Assembly (NCBI RefSeq): GCF_009834535.1
Contig: NC_045696.1
Span: forward strand, 22,198,001-22,262,000
Reading direction: 5' to 3'
Origin: Camelus ferus
Taxonomy: Eukaryota
DNA: 64,000 nt
In this document: in pieces, positions 1-13,357 of the stretch
Layout: each line of letters begins with the position of its first letter
Numbering within the stretch: position 1 is the first letter of the stretch
The notes under the pieces: model-generated
Database searches by the model: none
What the model saw: the letters and a program-made list of their open reading frames with translations, nothing else
Told to the model about the DNA's origin: nothing
Program-made: the position numbers and the translations under genes

Positions 1-1211
1 CAGATATCTTCTCTATCCCTTTATCTCTCTCTTCTCCTTCTGGGACTCCTATAATGTGAATATTAGTGCACTTCATGTTGTCCCAGAAGTCTCTTAAACT
101 GTCCTCATTTCTTTTTATTCTTTCTTCTGTTCAGCTTCAGTAATTTCCCCTATTCTGTCTTCCAGTGCACTGATCCATTCTTCTGTATCATCTAATCTAC
201 TGTTGATTCCCTCTAGTGTATTTCTTTATTTCAGTTATTATATTTTTCAGCTCTGTTTGATTCTTCTTTACATCCTCTAACTCTCTGTTAAATTTGTCAC
301 TGTGTCCATCCATTCTTCCCCTGAGTTCACTGAGCATCTTTATGATCATTACCGTGCAATCTTTTAGCAGGTAGATTGCTTATTTCCACTTCATTTAGTA
401 TTTCTGGGATTTTATCTTGTTCCTTTGTTGGGAACCTAGTCCTCTGTCATCTCATTTTGCCTAATCTGCCATTTTTATTTCTATGTACTTAGTAAGTTGT
501 TATGTTTTCCTATCCTGGAAAAGTGGCCTTACATAGAGAATGTCCTGTGAATCCCAGCAATGCACTCCCCTCTCGGCACCAGAGCTGTATGCTCTAGGGA
601 TGCCTTCTCTGTGGGCTGCATGGGTCCTTATGTTATGGCAGGATGATTGCTGCAGGTGTGCCGGTGGGCGGAGCTGGACCACAGCCTGGTTGGTTGCCAG
701 GCCCCACCTTGTGCAGAGGCTTTGGCCCACTAGTAGATGGGCCTGGGTCATGAGGTGGCTAGCTGCAGAGCCCTGGGGAGGGTCCCAGGAGTAGTGCTAG
801 CCCACTGGTTGGCAGGGCCATGTCCCAGCAGAGCTGGCTCCTGGAGCTTGTGTTGGTCCAGTGGTGGTTGGGGCCAGATCCTAGGGCAGCTGGCTGAAGA
901 ACCCAAGGTGTCCTGAAGCTGGTGTCAGTTTGCTTATGGGTAGGGCTGAGGCCCCCAGGGTCCCAGGGCTGATGCTCACCCCCTGGTGGATGAGGCTGGG
1001 TCCTGGGCCATCTGGTATGCAGGGCCAGGTATTAGGGTGGCTAGGGCCTCTGGGGATCCTAAGGCAGCCAGCCCGCTGGTGGGTGGGGCTGTGTCCCCAC
1101 CCAGCTAACTGCTTGGCCTGGGGTGTCCCCCAACTGCTGCCAGCTGGCTAGTTGGCAGGGCTGAATCCTGGCACAATGAGCTGAAGGGAGGATTCAGAAA
1201 TGGTGCTTGCC

Positions 1212-1664
1212 CTCTTTCCGTGCCGCCACAATGGTGCACAAGAATGTCCTCACTGATGCTCTCAAGAACATCAGTAATGCTGAAAAGAGAGGCAAGCGCC
1301 AGGTTCTTATTAGGCCAGGCTCCAAAGTCATTGTTCGGTTTCTAACTGTGATAATGAAGTATGGTTACATTGGCTAATTTAAAATCACCAGTGACCACAG
1401 AGCTGGAAAAATTGTTGTGAACCTCACAGGCAGGCTAAGTAAGTATGGAGTGATCAGCCACAGATTTGAGGTACAAATCAAAGATCTAGAAAAATGGCAG
1501 GATAACCTGCTCCCATACATCAGTTTAGTTTCATTGTCCTGACAACCTCAGCTGGCATCATGGACCAAAATACACAGGAGGGGAAATCCTTGGATTCTTT
1601 TTTCTAGGGATATAATACATACAAACAAATAAAATGCCTCAGTGGAAAGAAAAGAAAAGAAAAA

Positions 1665-1696
<32 letters not shown>

Positions 1697-1956
1697 AAAT
1701 AAAGAAAGAAAGAAAGAAAGAAAGAAGAAGAAAGAAAGAAAGACTGAAGAAAGAAAGAACAAGTAGCACAAAATTAAGAAAAAAGAAGGAAGGAGGACTA
1801 GGAAGCGAAGGATCCTACAGACGGCAGGACTTCTCCGAGATAAAGAACGGCCCGCCCTCCAGAAAGCACAAGAACGGCGACTTCCCAGCCAATAAAGGAA
1901 GGAAAGTAGGACGTTTAGAGGAAGGAAGGAAGGAAGGAAGGAAAGAAAGAAAGGGA
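1212..1956 (+). pseudogene. RPS15A: RPS15A (40S ribosomal protein S15a) processed pseudogene with decayed poly(A) tail
   Basis: 5'TOP-like ctctttcc leader; ATG at 1231 reads [48 protein letters not shown] (premature TAA), with a later frameshift and a deletion before the GGKILGFFF-like end, TAG 1605-1607. No introns, AATAAA 1628-1633, A/G-rich tail, TSD aaatggtgctt at 1198-1208 and 1957-1967. Confidence 0.95.
1646..1955 (+). repeat. (GAAA)n/(GGAA)n purine-rich repeat derived from the retrocopy poly(A) tail
   Basis: Runs of aaag/gaaa and ggaa visible directly, interrupted by a non-repetitive block at ~1760-1920. Confidence 0.85.
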
Positions 1957-2585
1957 AAATGGTGCTTCCAGCACAAGTGTCCTTGTGGTAGGACAAGACC
2001 CCCAAAATGGCTGCTGCCAGCATCTGTCCCCAGGGTGAGTCCAAATTGCCTCCCTCCTCTCCAGGAAGCTCTTCAAGATCAGAAAGTGGGTCTAACCCAG
2101 GCTCCTTTCAAATTACTTCTACCCTGGGTCTTGGAGTGTGGGAGGTTTTGTATGTGCTCTTTACAAGTGGAGTCTCTGTCTCCCACAGCCCTGTGCCTCT
2201 CCTGAAAGTAAGCTTTACTGGCCTTCAAAGCCAAATGTTCTGGAGGCTCGTCTTCCCAGAGAGGACCCCCAGGCTGGGGAGCCCAATGTGGGTCTCGGGT
2301 CTCTTGCTCCTTGGGGAGAGCCTCTGCAGTTGTAACTGTCTTCTTGTTTGTGATGTACAGGTCTTGGCTCACCAGGGTGTACAGGTCTTGACTTTACTGC
2401 ACCTCTGCCCCTCCTATCTGTCTCATTGTAGTTCCTTCTTCATAGCATTAGTTGTAGAAGATCTTTTCTGCAAGTCTTCAGGCCATTTGCATCAATAATT
2501 GCTCTGTATATAGGTGTAATTTTGGCATGCCCGTGGGAGGAGGGGAGCTCAGGGCTTTGCTGCTCTGCCATCTTGCCCACTCCCT

Positions 2586-3036
2586 GCTCAGGCAGTTCTG
2601 GACCCTCTTTTCTCACTAGGCCTGACCTTGGGTTCCACGTCCTTCCTTGTAGAATGCAGTTCTGGCAAGAATCTTGCTAAGTTAGTTTAACCAGAATTCC
2701 CCATCCTCTATATCTGATCACCCTCAGTATCACCTCATCACCTACCATCCAGGTGATATCTGATCACCCTGGCCTGACTTCAGCAAGAATCCTGTTAGGT
2801 CAGTTTAGAATGTGCCCTTACCTATATGACGTCTCCTCTTAGTAATTTTCCACCCACTGACTCCCACCCTGATTCTTGACTACAAATTCCCATCTTTCCT
2901 TATATTTGGACTTGAGCCCAATCTCTCTCCCCTACTATAAAACCTCATTGTAATGATTCCTATACCCTTGTGATAGTCCCCCAAAATAAAGTTTGCCTTA
3001 CCTTTCTTTAACAAGTGTCATGAATAATTTTCTTTA
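2586..3036 (+). mobile_element. ERV1-class LTR remnant (MER31/MER67-like)
   Basis: Repeated tatctgatcaccct and gcaagaatc motifs, AATAAA near 2985, ends ...aataatttttcttta; resembles MER31-group LTRs as recalled. Confidence 0.6.
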
Positions 3037-3283
3037 GATCCCTCATACACTGTTAATGGGACTGTAAATTGGTGCAGCCACTCTGGAGAACAGCATGGAC
3101 TAAAAAACTAAAAATAGACTTACTATATGATCCTGAAATACTATTCCTGGGTATATACCCAGAGAAAACTCTAATTCAAAAAGATATATGAACCCAGTAT
3201 TCATAGCAGCATTATTCACAATAGCTAAGACATGGAAACAACCAAAATGTCCATCAACAGATGACTAGATAAAGAAGATGTGG

Positions 3284-3327
<44 letters not shown>

Positions 3328-3834
3328 CAGATAGATAGATAGATAGATATAATGGAATACTACTCAGCCATAAAAAAGAATGAAATAATGCCATTTGCAG
3401 CAACATGGATGGACCTAGAGATTATCATACTAAGTGAAGTAAGTCAGATAGAGAAACACAAATATCATATGATATCACTTTTACGTGGAGTCTGAAAAAA
3501 AAGAAAAAGGTACAAATGAACTTATTGACAAAATAGAAACAGACTTACAGACATAGAAAACAAACTTATGGTTACCAAAGGGGAAATGAGGAGTGAGGGA
3601 TAAATTAGGAGTTTGGGATTAACAGATACACACTACTACATATAAAATAGATAAACAACAGACCTTTTGTATAGCACAGAGAACTATATTCAATATCTTA
3701 TAATAACCTATAATGGAAAAGAATATGAAAAAGAAAAAATATATATACATATATATATGAATCACTTTGCTGGACATCTGAAGCTAACAAACTAATACAA
3801 CATTGTAAATCAATTATAGTTCAATTTTTAAAAA
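3037..3834 (+). mobile_element. 5'-truncated LINE-1 3' end (end of ORF2 and 3' UTR)
   Basis: Canonical L1 motifs ggtgcagccactctggagaacag, atagcagcattattcacaatagc, aatggaatactactcagccataaaaaagaatgaaataatgccatttgcagcaacatggatggacctagag. Confidence 0.9.
3284..3349 (+). repeat. (TAGA)n microsatellite inside the L1
   Basis: About 16 tandem taga units with one caga variant. Confidence 0.95.
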
Positions 3835-4269
3835 TTTATCTTTGATAGATTTCCACATATGAATTTGAGGGGGAGACATAATTCAGCTGACAATATAGAG
3901 TTTGGAAACTTTTGAGAAGGCATGGTAAGGAAACCCCAGCTATGAGTTTCTCCTTCGGGAAAGAGAGAGACAGGGAGAAGATTCCTGATTTTCTTAGAGT
4001 GCTGTAGGAAGACGTGGATTGGCTGGGGTAACCTGGAGCTCTGTACTGGGGAGTAAGGAGAGGATAATGAAACAAAATGATTGTCATACTGTAGGAAGCC
4101 ATTTCTGTTTGGTTTAGGAAAAATAAACCTAAGGGAAAAACAAACTCAACAAATGCTGTGACATTTAGCCATATGTATCTCATAGCAACTGAAACTCCCA
4201 CTACTACTCCATCACCAAAGAATCATTTTTATAATTATTGCCAGCTATTGATTGCCTACTAGTTCAGTA

Positions 4270-4445
4270 TAGCAGAGACATTAAAGGCCCTAGAGTCAGA
4301 TGACCTTGCATTTGAGTCCCATCTGTACCACTTACCATGTGACCTTAAACAATTCAACTTCTCTGCACCTCATTTTCTCATCTGGAAAATCTGAATAATG
4401 ACTCTGTCTTCCTCAGAGGGCTCTACTGAGGATTATATGAGATAG
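4270..4445 (+). mobile_element. MIR SINE
   Basis: MIR core: gagtcaga...tttgagtccc...ccacttacc...tgtgacctt...cttctctgcacctcattttctcatctggaaaat. Confidence 0.75.
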
Positions 4446-4554
4446 TAAAGATTACTATAATTTAGTATTAATATTAATATAGTCAGGAACTATATATAGT
4501 ATGTGTTTTATATATTTTATCTTTTTTTTTTCTTTTGGGGAGGATATAGTTCCA

Positions 4555-5235
4555 AAAGTTTTGAAATCAGGATCTCAAAGAGATATTGGTACACCAATGT
4601 TCATAGCAGCATTATTCACAACAGCCAAAAGGTGGAAGCAACCCAAGTGTCCATCAACAGCTGAATAAACAAAATGGGGTATATACATATAATGGAATAT
4701 GGCTGACCTAAAAAGGAAATAAATTCTCATACATGCTACAACATGGATGAACCTTGGGGACACTATACTACTTGGATTTAAACAGTCACAAAAAGACAAA
4801 TACAATATTATTCTACTTACATACATCATCTATAAAATTTATAGAAACAGAGAGTACAAAGGTGGTTGCCAAGGGCTGGGGGGAGGGAAGAGTGGAGAGT
4901 TAGTGTTTAATGGGTACAGAATTTCAGTTTTGCAAGATAAAATAGTTTTGGAGATTGGTTGCACAACAATGTGAATGTACTTAATACTGCCGAACCTAAA
5001 AATGGTTAAGATGGTAAATTTTATGTTATGTATATTTTATATAAATTTTAAATTAAAAGAATTATGTAGATGTATACATATGTTGTACCACTGTTAATTT
5101 CCTTGTTTTGATAATGTGCTACATTTATGTAAGATGTAACCATTTAGGGACACTAGGTGAAAGGTAGAGGACCCCTCTGTGCTATCTTTGCAATTTCCTG
5201 TGAATCTATAATTACCTCAAAGCAAAACATTTTAA
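4555..5235 (+). mobile_element. Old L1M 3' end fragments
   Basis: atgttcatagcagcattattcacaacagcc, gtggttgccaaggg, taatgggtacagaatttcagttttgc, followed by an L1ME/MC-like tail ending gtgaatctataattacctcaaa. Confidence 0.8.
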
Positions 5236-7079
5236 AAACTTATATTCTTGTGCTTAAAAAAGTAGGGAAGTTAGAGACTGCCAATTCAATCTCTTGGAGC
5301 AGGATAACAGAACTTCATGGAGACAGAGATTAAAGCACTTAACCACAGTCTGCCCATGGGGGTAACTTTGATCAGAAAGACTCTCATAAGCTGGGACCCA
5401 GCAGGACCAGGACCATATCATTGATACCGACCCAGGCCATTGGACTCTTTAATCAACAGAAATTGATAACAGGCCAGCAGGGAATTTCAGGCAAGCCTTT
5501 ATTGGGGCCGGTGCTGCAGCACGAGGGAGCGAAAACAAGTCAGGTGCCCATGCTTGCTCCTATTTTATCTATTTTTAATCTCTTACAACAACCCCATGAG
5601 GTATATATCATCAACCCACAGTCTCCCAGTATCCCACCTACCTCTGCTACCACTGAGGACAATTGACATGAGATTCATGAGAGCTTTACTCACCAAAACT
5701 GATGGAAAGAGTAGCTTCAAGATCACTTCCTTCCTCTCCTCCTTGGATGGTGCATTTTCCCTGTGCATAGCTGCTCTCCTGGCACAGTTCCTATGACAAC
5801 CTCTCTCTGGGATATTTTTCTGCTCATCCATAGTACTCTTCTTGTTACCAAAAAAAAAAAAAAAAATCATAAAATAAAGCTTTACATAAAGGCTTTTGTT
5901 AATGGAAAATCGTTTGTTAATAGGAGATCTCAGAAAGGAGCTATGATGCTACAGCAACCAAGGCAGTAAATTGCTTTAAACTGTTTCTGTTAAACGCTAT
6001 AAAGCTCCATATGCACTCACTCTCTCCAGCACAATTAGATGTCATAGTTACTAGTACAACTCAAAGCAGAGGAACAGTTTCATTCTGAAACTGTTAAAAA
6101 AAATCTTTTTCTTGATATGTCTTTCAGTTTTTATTGTCTGTTGTAATTTGCTTTACCATACCACAGTATATAACACTGAGAACTCCCGCGTGTGCAATTT
6201 AACTCTAATTTACGCCCTAGGGATCAATGAGCATGTGAAGTGGCCTAACACAATTAATATCCTAAGAACTGGCCAGGTGGCATTCAAAAGTATTTTTGTC
6301 AAAACACCAGAAGTTTTATTATTTAGCATATTTGAAAGAATTCCTAGTTGGCAAAATTAGTGGAGTTTAAGTTACCTGCTTGTTAAAAGTTGGACATCTC
6401 CACCTTTGCAGGAACAAGGTATAAATAAATACCCATCCAGACTAGCGGTTCCTACCAGGGGGACAGGTATGGTGCTGTGCCCCTCCCATCAGTGGACGAG
6501 CCTGTCTTCTGATCGAACCAAAAGGCCTGACCCTCCCTCCATCAGAACACACTTGTCTTCATCTTGGGGACACCCTTTCATGAAGGCCTTGGTCATTGTG
6601 TCAAGGGTTGAAACTAAAACTATTAGAGGTAAACAGAGACTGTATGATTGTTTTGTGCCTGCTTGCTACCCAATATTTGGTTACTTAGAATTATATGGTC
6701 TGAAATGTCCCATTGCTACAACTGCCTGGTAGAAAGGTGGTAGGTTGTAAATGTAGAGCTGACACCTCCTCTAACTTTTTGAAGGTTCTAATAAACTCCA
6801 AAGTCACCTGACATTGGTGGAATGGTAAACCGAGTTGTTAGTTCAAATTCTCATACTCTATTCTTCAACACATATACTTCATAATAATCTGTATGCCTGA
6901 ATTTCCTCTGCCACACTGGCATTTGTTTTCATTGACGGGCTCTTTGATCTTTATAAAGGCACAGTCCACTGGCCAGAATATCATCTTCAGGCAACATAGA
7001 AATGCTCTGGTTTCCCTAATACCATCTAGGTAGTGAATCATGCATCCTCGTAACTCCCAGACATTTTTTTTTCCCCCTT

Positions 7080-8225
7080 TCAAGTAGACTTTATTTTTTA
7101 GAGCAGTTTTAGATTCACAGCAAAACTGAATGGAAGGTACTGGGATTTCCCATTACCCTCTGTCCTCACATATATGTGCAGCCTCCCCCAACTATCAACA
7201 TCCCCCACCACAGTCATACATTTGCTACAATTGATGAACCTACATTGACACATCATTATCACACAAAGACCATAAGTTCACATTAGAATTCACTCTTGGT
7301 TTTGGATATTCTATGGATTTGGACACACATATAGTGACATGTATCCACCATGATAGTGTCATACAGAATAGTTTCAATGACCTAAAAGCCTTCCGTGTTC
7401 CACCTATTCATGCTTCCCTCCCCCCACTCCCTGGCAACCACTGATCTTTTTATTGTCTCCATAGTTTTGCCTTTTCCAAAATATCACAGTGTGGAATCAT
7501 CCAGTATATATAGCCTTCTCAGTTTGGCTTCTTTCACTAAGTAATACACATTTAAGTTTCTTCCATGTTCTTTTATGGCTTAATAGCTCATTTCATTTTA
7601 GTGCTAAATAATATTCCCTTGTCTGGATGTACAGTTTGTTTACCCACTCACCTACTGAATGATATCTTAGCTGCTCCCATGTTTTGGCAATTATAAATAA
7701 AGTTGCTATAAACATTCATGTGCAGGCTTTTGTGTAGACAAAAGTTTTCAGCTCCTTTGGGTAAATACTAAGAAGAATGATTGTTGGCTCATGTTCTAAG
7801 AGTATGTTTAGTTTCATAAGAGACTGTCAAACAGTCTTCCACAGTGGGTGCACCATTTTGCATTCCCACCAGTAATGAATGAGTGTTCCTGTTGCCCCAC
7901 ATCCTTGCCAGCGTTAGGTGTCATCAGTGCTCTGGATTTTGGCCACTCCGTTAAGTGCGTAGTGGTAGTCTTTATTGTTTTATTTTACATTCCCTAATGG
8001 CATCTGAAGTAGAACATCTTTTCATGTACTTGTTTGCTATTTGTATACCTTCTCTAGTGAGGTATCTTTCAGGTCTTTTGCCAAATTTTTATCAGGTTGT
8101 TCATTTTCTTGTTGCTGGTTTTTTTTTTTTAAGTTCTTTGTATATTTTGGTTAACAGTCCTTTATCAGATATGTCTTTTGCAATGATTTTCCCCCAGTCC
8201 ATGGCTTATCTTGTTATTTTCCTGA
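7080..8225 (-). mobile_element. Old LINE-1 (L1MA/MB) 3' end, antisense
   Basis: tttagagcagttttagattcacagcaaaa, ccctggcaaccactgatctt, caccattttgcattcccaccag are reverse L1 3' motifs. Confidence 0.9.
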
Positions 8226-8464
8226 CCAGTTCCATTTTTAATGTAGTGGAAACATGCATATTTGCTTGCTCATTAGACTTACTCATTTATTCACTCTTTC
8301 ATTCATTTATCAAGTACTTATTAAGCACCTGCTAAGTATGAGGCACTTCCCTGATTACCCTCTTTATCATGGCAGATGACCACACCTAACTGGTCTCATT
8401 TCTCAGTCAGGTTCTCCCCCTTCCATTTCCTTCTCTCCATGGGTGACAATTACCCTTCTAAAAT

Positions 8465-8581
8465 TTAGTGGTAGAGCACATCCTGGGTCAGTTCCTAGTA
8501 CCTGCATTAAAATTAATTAATTAATTAATCAATCTAATTACCTCCCCTCATACCCCCCAAATTTTAAAAATTAAAAAAAAA
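8465..8581 (+). mobile_element. Degenerate tRNA-derived SINE (Vic-1 type), internally deleted
   Basis: agtggtagagcaca-tcctgggtcagttcctagtacc, then ctaattacctcccc and an A-rich tail like the other copies. Confidence 0.7.
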
Positions 8582-11500
8582 TATGGCCTACAGCTATAAT
8601 GAGTAGCAGTTTAATTCTACAACACTAGAATGCAAGAAACATCATTTCTCTTAAGTTCTTTAAAATAGTTAAGTTATGCTGAGCCCTCTCCTTTAGTCAG
8701 TGAGAAGTTCAGTTTCAGTTTTTTTTATTGAGTTTCTTCTTTCCACCAAGAATCTTTTGAAATGTACAGGGATCTCATACAGAATATTCAAGAATGGGCC
8801 CTCTAGTCTTAGTTTACAATGTTCACATCTGATCTTCACCTTGACTGTATCCAGGTGGTCCTATGACAGTAGGTAATGCCAAGCCTAGTTCTTTAGAAAT
8901 ATTTGATTTTTGCCCAGCAATACAAAACCCTCTGAGGCAAGGAAAAACAGAAGTTAGGCAACTTCTTTGGGGGAAGAAGGTGAAAATATACAAAGCAAAA
9001 GAAACAAAAACACTGATTAATATTTCAAATTATCCTGCCTCATGGAGGGCATCCAAACTTCTTACCATAGCTACAAGACACATCTATACCTCCCAATTTC
9101 ACTCTTACCCACCGTGTGCTGGAGCCAGTTCACACCAGCTCATGAGAGCTGAGTGCTAGGTTTTCAGGAATCGTTGTGAGCCAGTTATGAAACATAGCTA
9201 TTATTAAAAATTAAAGGATAGAAATATCACCCCCCCCCCGCTTCTATCTCCCTAGAGGGTCCTCTTATCCCCTTCTAACCTCCCAAACTACTTGTATTAC
9301 AACGTATCTGACATTGTTCCTAACTGTTATTTTCACTAAAATATTCTCCAGATTATGAGCTTGTAAATAAAATTTTTCATTCATATTTGTCTCCCTTGTT
9401 CCTAGCAGAGGGCTGGCACATGGTAGGAATTCAGTAATTGTTTGGTGGGTGAGTGAAAAAAAAAAAAAGACTCTTGGAGGTTAAAACTTATTCCCTTCCC
9501 AATATCTTGAGATCAGCCCTCTACCCAGCAGCACTCACAGTTTCCCAAATCAAGCTTTACATGCCTAGGAACCTGATGTAATAACCACAGGAAAAGCTTG
9601 GTTTCCATCAGTGAAAGATGCATGAAAGATGCAACTTTCATTCTCCAAGTCTTTTCCTCTAGGGGAGAGTTAAAATGCAGATCAAATAAAGCAGTAAAGA
9701 AACAAAGACTCTTTAACAATGCCCTGAGATACAGAAAGCGAACTGTAAGTCTCAACGTCCCATCATAATGTCCTGTGGTACATGAGCCTGAAATGGAAAG
9801 TCCATGTGGCTGGTTGGTAAGCCAGTGCAGGGCTCTCTTCAGCCTACATGATATTTTGGAGGCAGAGAGTGGATATGGTGAAATGGGAATGGCTGATGTG
9901 TGTAGCATTGCTGGGCCAGTTGGTAGATGAACAAAATGGCCAGGAGGGTTGCTCATTGCATAAATATATTTGGGAAACATCCTTTAGAAAAGAATATCAT
10001 GAACATTCTGGAAAGTTCATGTCTGAAATATGTCAAAGACTGGAAAAAACAAAGGCTGAAAACCGTTGCTTTTGATTTTAGACTATGCAACCCCAAGTAC
10101 AGAACTGCTTGACCTAATTTGTGATTCCACAAACAGCTTTGGGGAAACAGTCATTGCTTTGCCCTAGTCTTCCCAGAACAAGAACCAAATGTCCCTGAGG
10201 ACACCAAATGACACCAGCACCCCACTACCAAGCTGGCACCAGCAAAGAGGTAGGCTATTTGCAGAGAGCACGCCGCCTCTGCTGTGAGTGGGCAGTAAAC
10301 TACCATGGAGAAGCGTGCGCCTGCCTGGAGACAGGGTTGCTAGGTGCCTCTGAAGTAGGGAGACCAAGAGGTGTGCATTATTTCCCCCACACTTCTTATT
10401 TTACACAGTGACAGTTGTAGCCTGGAAACAAAAGGAAAATAATAGCTTCTGTGATGTTAGAAATAATCGCCAGTCAAGTGCCCTATGGGGCAGAAGGAGC
10501 AGTGTTGAGGCTTTTATCAAGAGCAGGAAAAAAAAATAATGTGATTTGGTTTCACCATAATTGCTTAAGCAGCCTGGGTGAGAACTAATTATGAGTTCAT
10601 CTGGCTCCAGAGAAACCCCACCTCTTCCCTTCTCCAGGATGATACTAAAATATCAACATTGCATCACCAGAAGTCACTCCCATTGGTGGACTTTCTTGAA
10701 GGGGAGCAGCATGCTCTGTCTCTCTGAAAGCCACTGGACTCTGAATAGACCCAGGAATTTATATCTTTCCGAGGCAAATGAAATATTCCTGGCACTTACT
10801 TGTCATAGAATACTTGCCATTATTATGTCATAGAGGAAGTGATGTTTTAAAAATGTGGGAGTGATGAAATGCAAAGAAGGAAATGAAGGGACAAGTTACA
10901 GGCCCTACGTCACTACAAAAGCCCTGTCATTGTTAGACTCGGGGGAGGTCCTGGGTTTCAGAAGCAGGCTGTTCATTGACAATACTTTGATGCTCTGGGG
11001 CTCTCACTGGGCTACAATATCCCTAAAGAGATAAGGACTGTTGCTCAGAAAGTTGGTCACCTAATTCTCAAAAGAGCAGAGCTAACATTGAAAGTCAACA
11101 GGATAGGACCTGAATTCATCTAGGTTAGTAGTCCAAATTACAAATCTAGAGGCAAGCGAAGTAATGCTGCTATGATTATTTGGATCTATGTGAGCTCAGA
11201 GAGAGAGGTGAATTGGTATACAATAGTAGAAAGAACATGGGTTCAAATCCTGACTCTGATGCTTACCAGCTATATGTAAGTTACTTGCCTCTTCTGAGCG
11301 TCAGATTCAACTGAGAAATGAGGTAAAATTATCAGTTTCTTTGCAGGATATATGTAAGGATGAGAAAGAATATGTGAAGTGCCTACACTGCACTTGGAAC
11401 AGAGGGTGTCCAAGATAAATGGCAGCACATGTCACAGTTCTGTCTCCTTCGATGAGAAAGCCTAATCTGAGTGCCTCTACATGTGTAGCACTGGGGCAGA

Positions 11501-11650
11501 GGGTGGAGGTTACAAAGACACATCACACATGATTTTTGTCTTCTGAACCATCACAGTTTAGTTAGATGGGGAGGAGACTTGGGACAGAAGGGGTGTAAGG
11601 GACTTTCTGAAACAAGAAGCAACAAAACAATGCTATAGAATTAATTACTA

Positions 11651-12133
11651 CAGATCTTCTTCAACTTATGATGGGGCTAAGTCCCAAAAAGCCCTTCATA
11701 AATTAAACATGTCATAAGTCAAAAATGCATTTAATGCATCTAACCTACTGAACATTATAGTTTAGCCTCGCTTACCTTAAACGTGTTCAGAACACTTACA
11801 ATTAGCCTACAGTTGGGCAAAATCATCGAACACAAAATCTATTTTATAATACTGTGTTGAGTATCTCTCGGGATTTATTAAACACTGTACTGAAAATAAA
11901 AAGCAAAGTGGTTGTACTGTTACAAAATGGTTGTATATGTATCAGTTGTTCACCCTCGTGATCACGTGGCTGACTGGGAACTGCAGCTCATTGCCACTAC
12001 CCAGCATCACGAGAGAGGACTGTACTGCAGAAGATCAAAATTCAAAGTACAGTTTCTACTGAATAGGTGTTGCTCTGACACTCTAAAAGTCAAAAAAATC
12101 GTAAGTTGAACTGTCCAAGTCAGGGACCATCTG
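11651..12133 (+). mobile_element. Tigger5/MER47-like Tc1-mariner MITE
   Basis: TA target sites at 11649-50 and 12134-35; termini cagat...atctg; internal aacattatagtttagcctcgcttaccttaaacgtgttcagaacacttac resembles MER47. Confidence 0.85.
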
Positions 12134-12588
12134 TAAATTGTGAAGGGCAAATCCAAGCCAGGGTAGGAGTTGTGGGGAAAGGAAGAACAAAGCAGGTAGA
12201 GCAATAACTTCAACCACTTGAACAGAAAAATAAACCAAAGTGGGATTTGCCAACCACAAAGATTTACAAAGAAGTGGAACTGTAGATGTAACAAAAACAG
12301 AGGACAAATCCTCTGAGAAGAGGCTCATTTTAGCACCCAAAGGACATGCTGGCAAAAGCCAGCTCTGGTTGCTTATTCCCCAAGGTAACATTCTTAAAGA
12401 ACACTGGAGTACTTTAGAAGTTCTAAGCCTAGGCCTTGACTGGGCTCAACTGTGGTGGATAGAAGGTGAGTAACCACCTTTATTTGGCAAGAAAAGTCAG
12501 CTCACAGTTAGGAAATGAAGAGCAGAAATAAATCATCCAACTCCATAAAAAGTCCAAACTGAAATACAAGTTTAAAATGTATTACTGA

Positions 12589-12735
12589 GGGGGGAAGGTA
12601 TAACTCAGCGGTAGAATACATGCTTAGCATGCATGAGGTCCTGGGTTCAATCCCCAGTACCTCCATTAAAAAAAAAAACAACAACAACAAATAAGTAGAC
12701 TTAATGACCTCCCTCTCAAAAAAAAAAGAAAAGAG
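12589..12735 (+). mobile_element. tRNA-Ala-derived SINE (camelid Vic-1 type)
   Basis: ggggaaggtataactcagcggtagaatacatgcttagcatgcatgaggtcctgggttcaatccccagtacctcc plus A tail; TSD aatgtattactg / aatatattactg. Confidence 0.9.
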
Positions 12736-13357
12736 AATATATTACTGTATAAAATTAAATGGCTTATTCTACCCCTGACTCTGCTGATCCTTTGTCATAT
12801 ATTCCTTTAAATATATATTGGACTTATGCCCAATTCCATAAACATGAATAAACAACAAACAGCACTTTATTTTCTGTAAATCATAATGATGTGCGTCTGC
12901 ACCACCAGGAAAAATCAATCCTTATTATTGACCACCCTGTACACAATAGCTTTGATTATGTATTTAAGTTACACTCATGCTTAATATTATGTATAGATTT
13001 GCCTAAATACCATATGAACTTGAATATAAATGATATTTTCTCCAAAAATTATTCCACAGCAATAAAAGAAACTGCCTTATATTTGAGTCTTTACAAAGTC
13101 TCTCCTGTTATGGGAAACCTATTCAATTATCCTGATTAAGTCTCAATGGTGGAAGTTTAAAACACTTATTGAAGTTAGCTGCTGGAGTTGGTAAAAAAAA
13201 AGGAGGCAAAAATATTTTACATAGATCTGAAATTATTCCTTGAGGTAGGAATTCTAAATTAGAATAGTTGGATGACATTGTAAATAATCATTTCAAAGAT
13301 CAACTTTACAAGTAGTAAGGTCAGTGATTAGATTGTAAAAATAATAAATATAAAACC

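Larger units (their letters stand above)
1..2584 (-). mobile_element. LINE-1 5' part (5' UTR and start of ORF1), antisense, split by the RPS15A retrocopy
   Basis: 1-450 is T/C-rich antisense ORF1-like sequence; 540-1200 and 1960-2580 are GC-richer L1 5'UTR-like; ends in ctctgccatcttgcccactccc (reverse complement gggagtgggcaagatggcagag, a typical L1 5' start). Confidence 0.85.

Noticed and set aside
1548..2205. 187-aa Lys/Glu/Arg-rich ORF and Phe/Leu/Ser-rich antisense ORFs
   Set aside because: Translations of the (GAAA)n/(GGAA)n tail and the L1 5' UTR.
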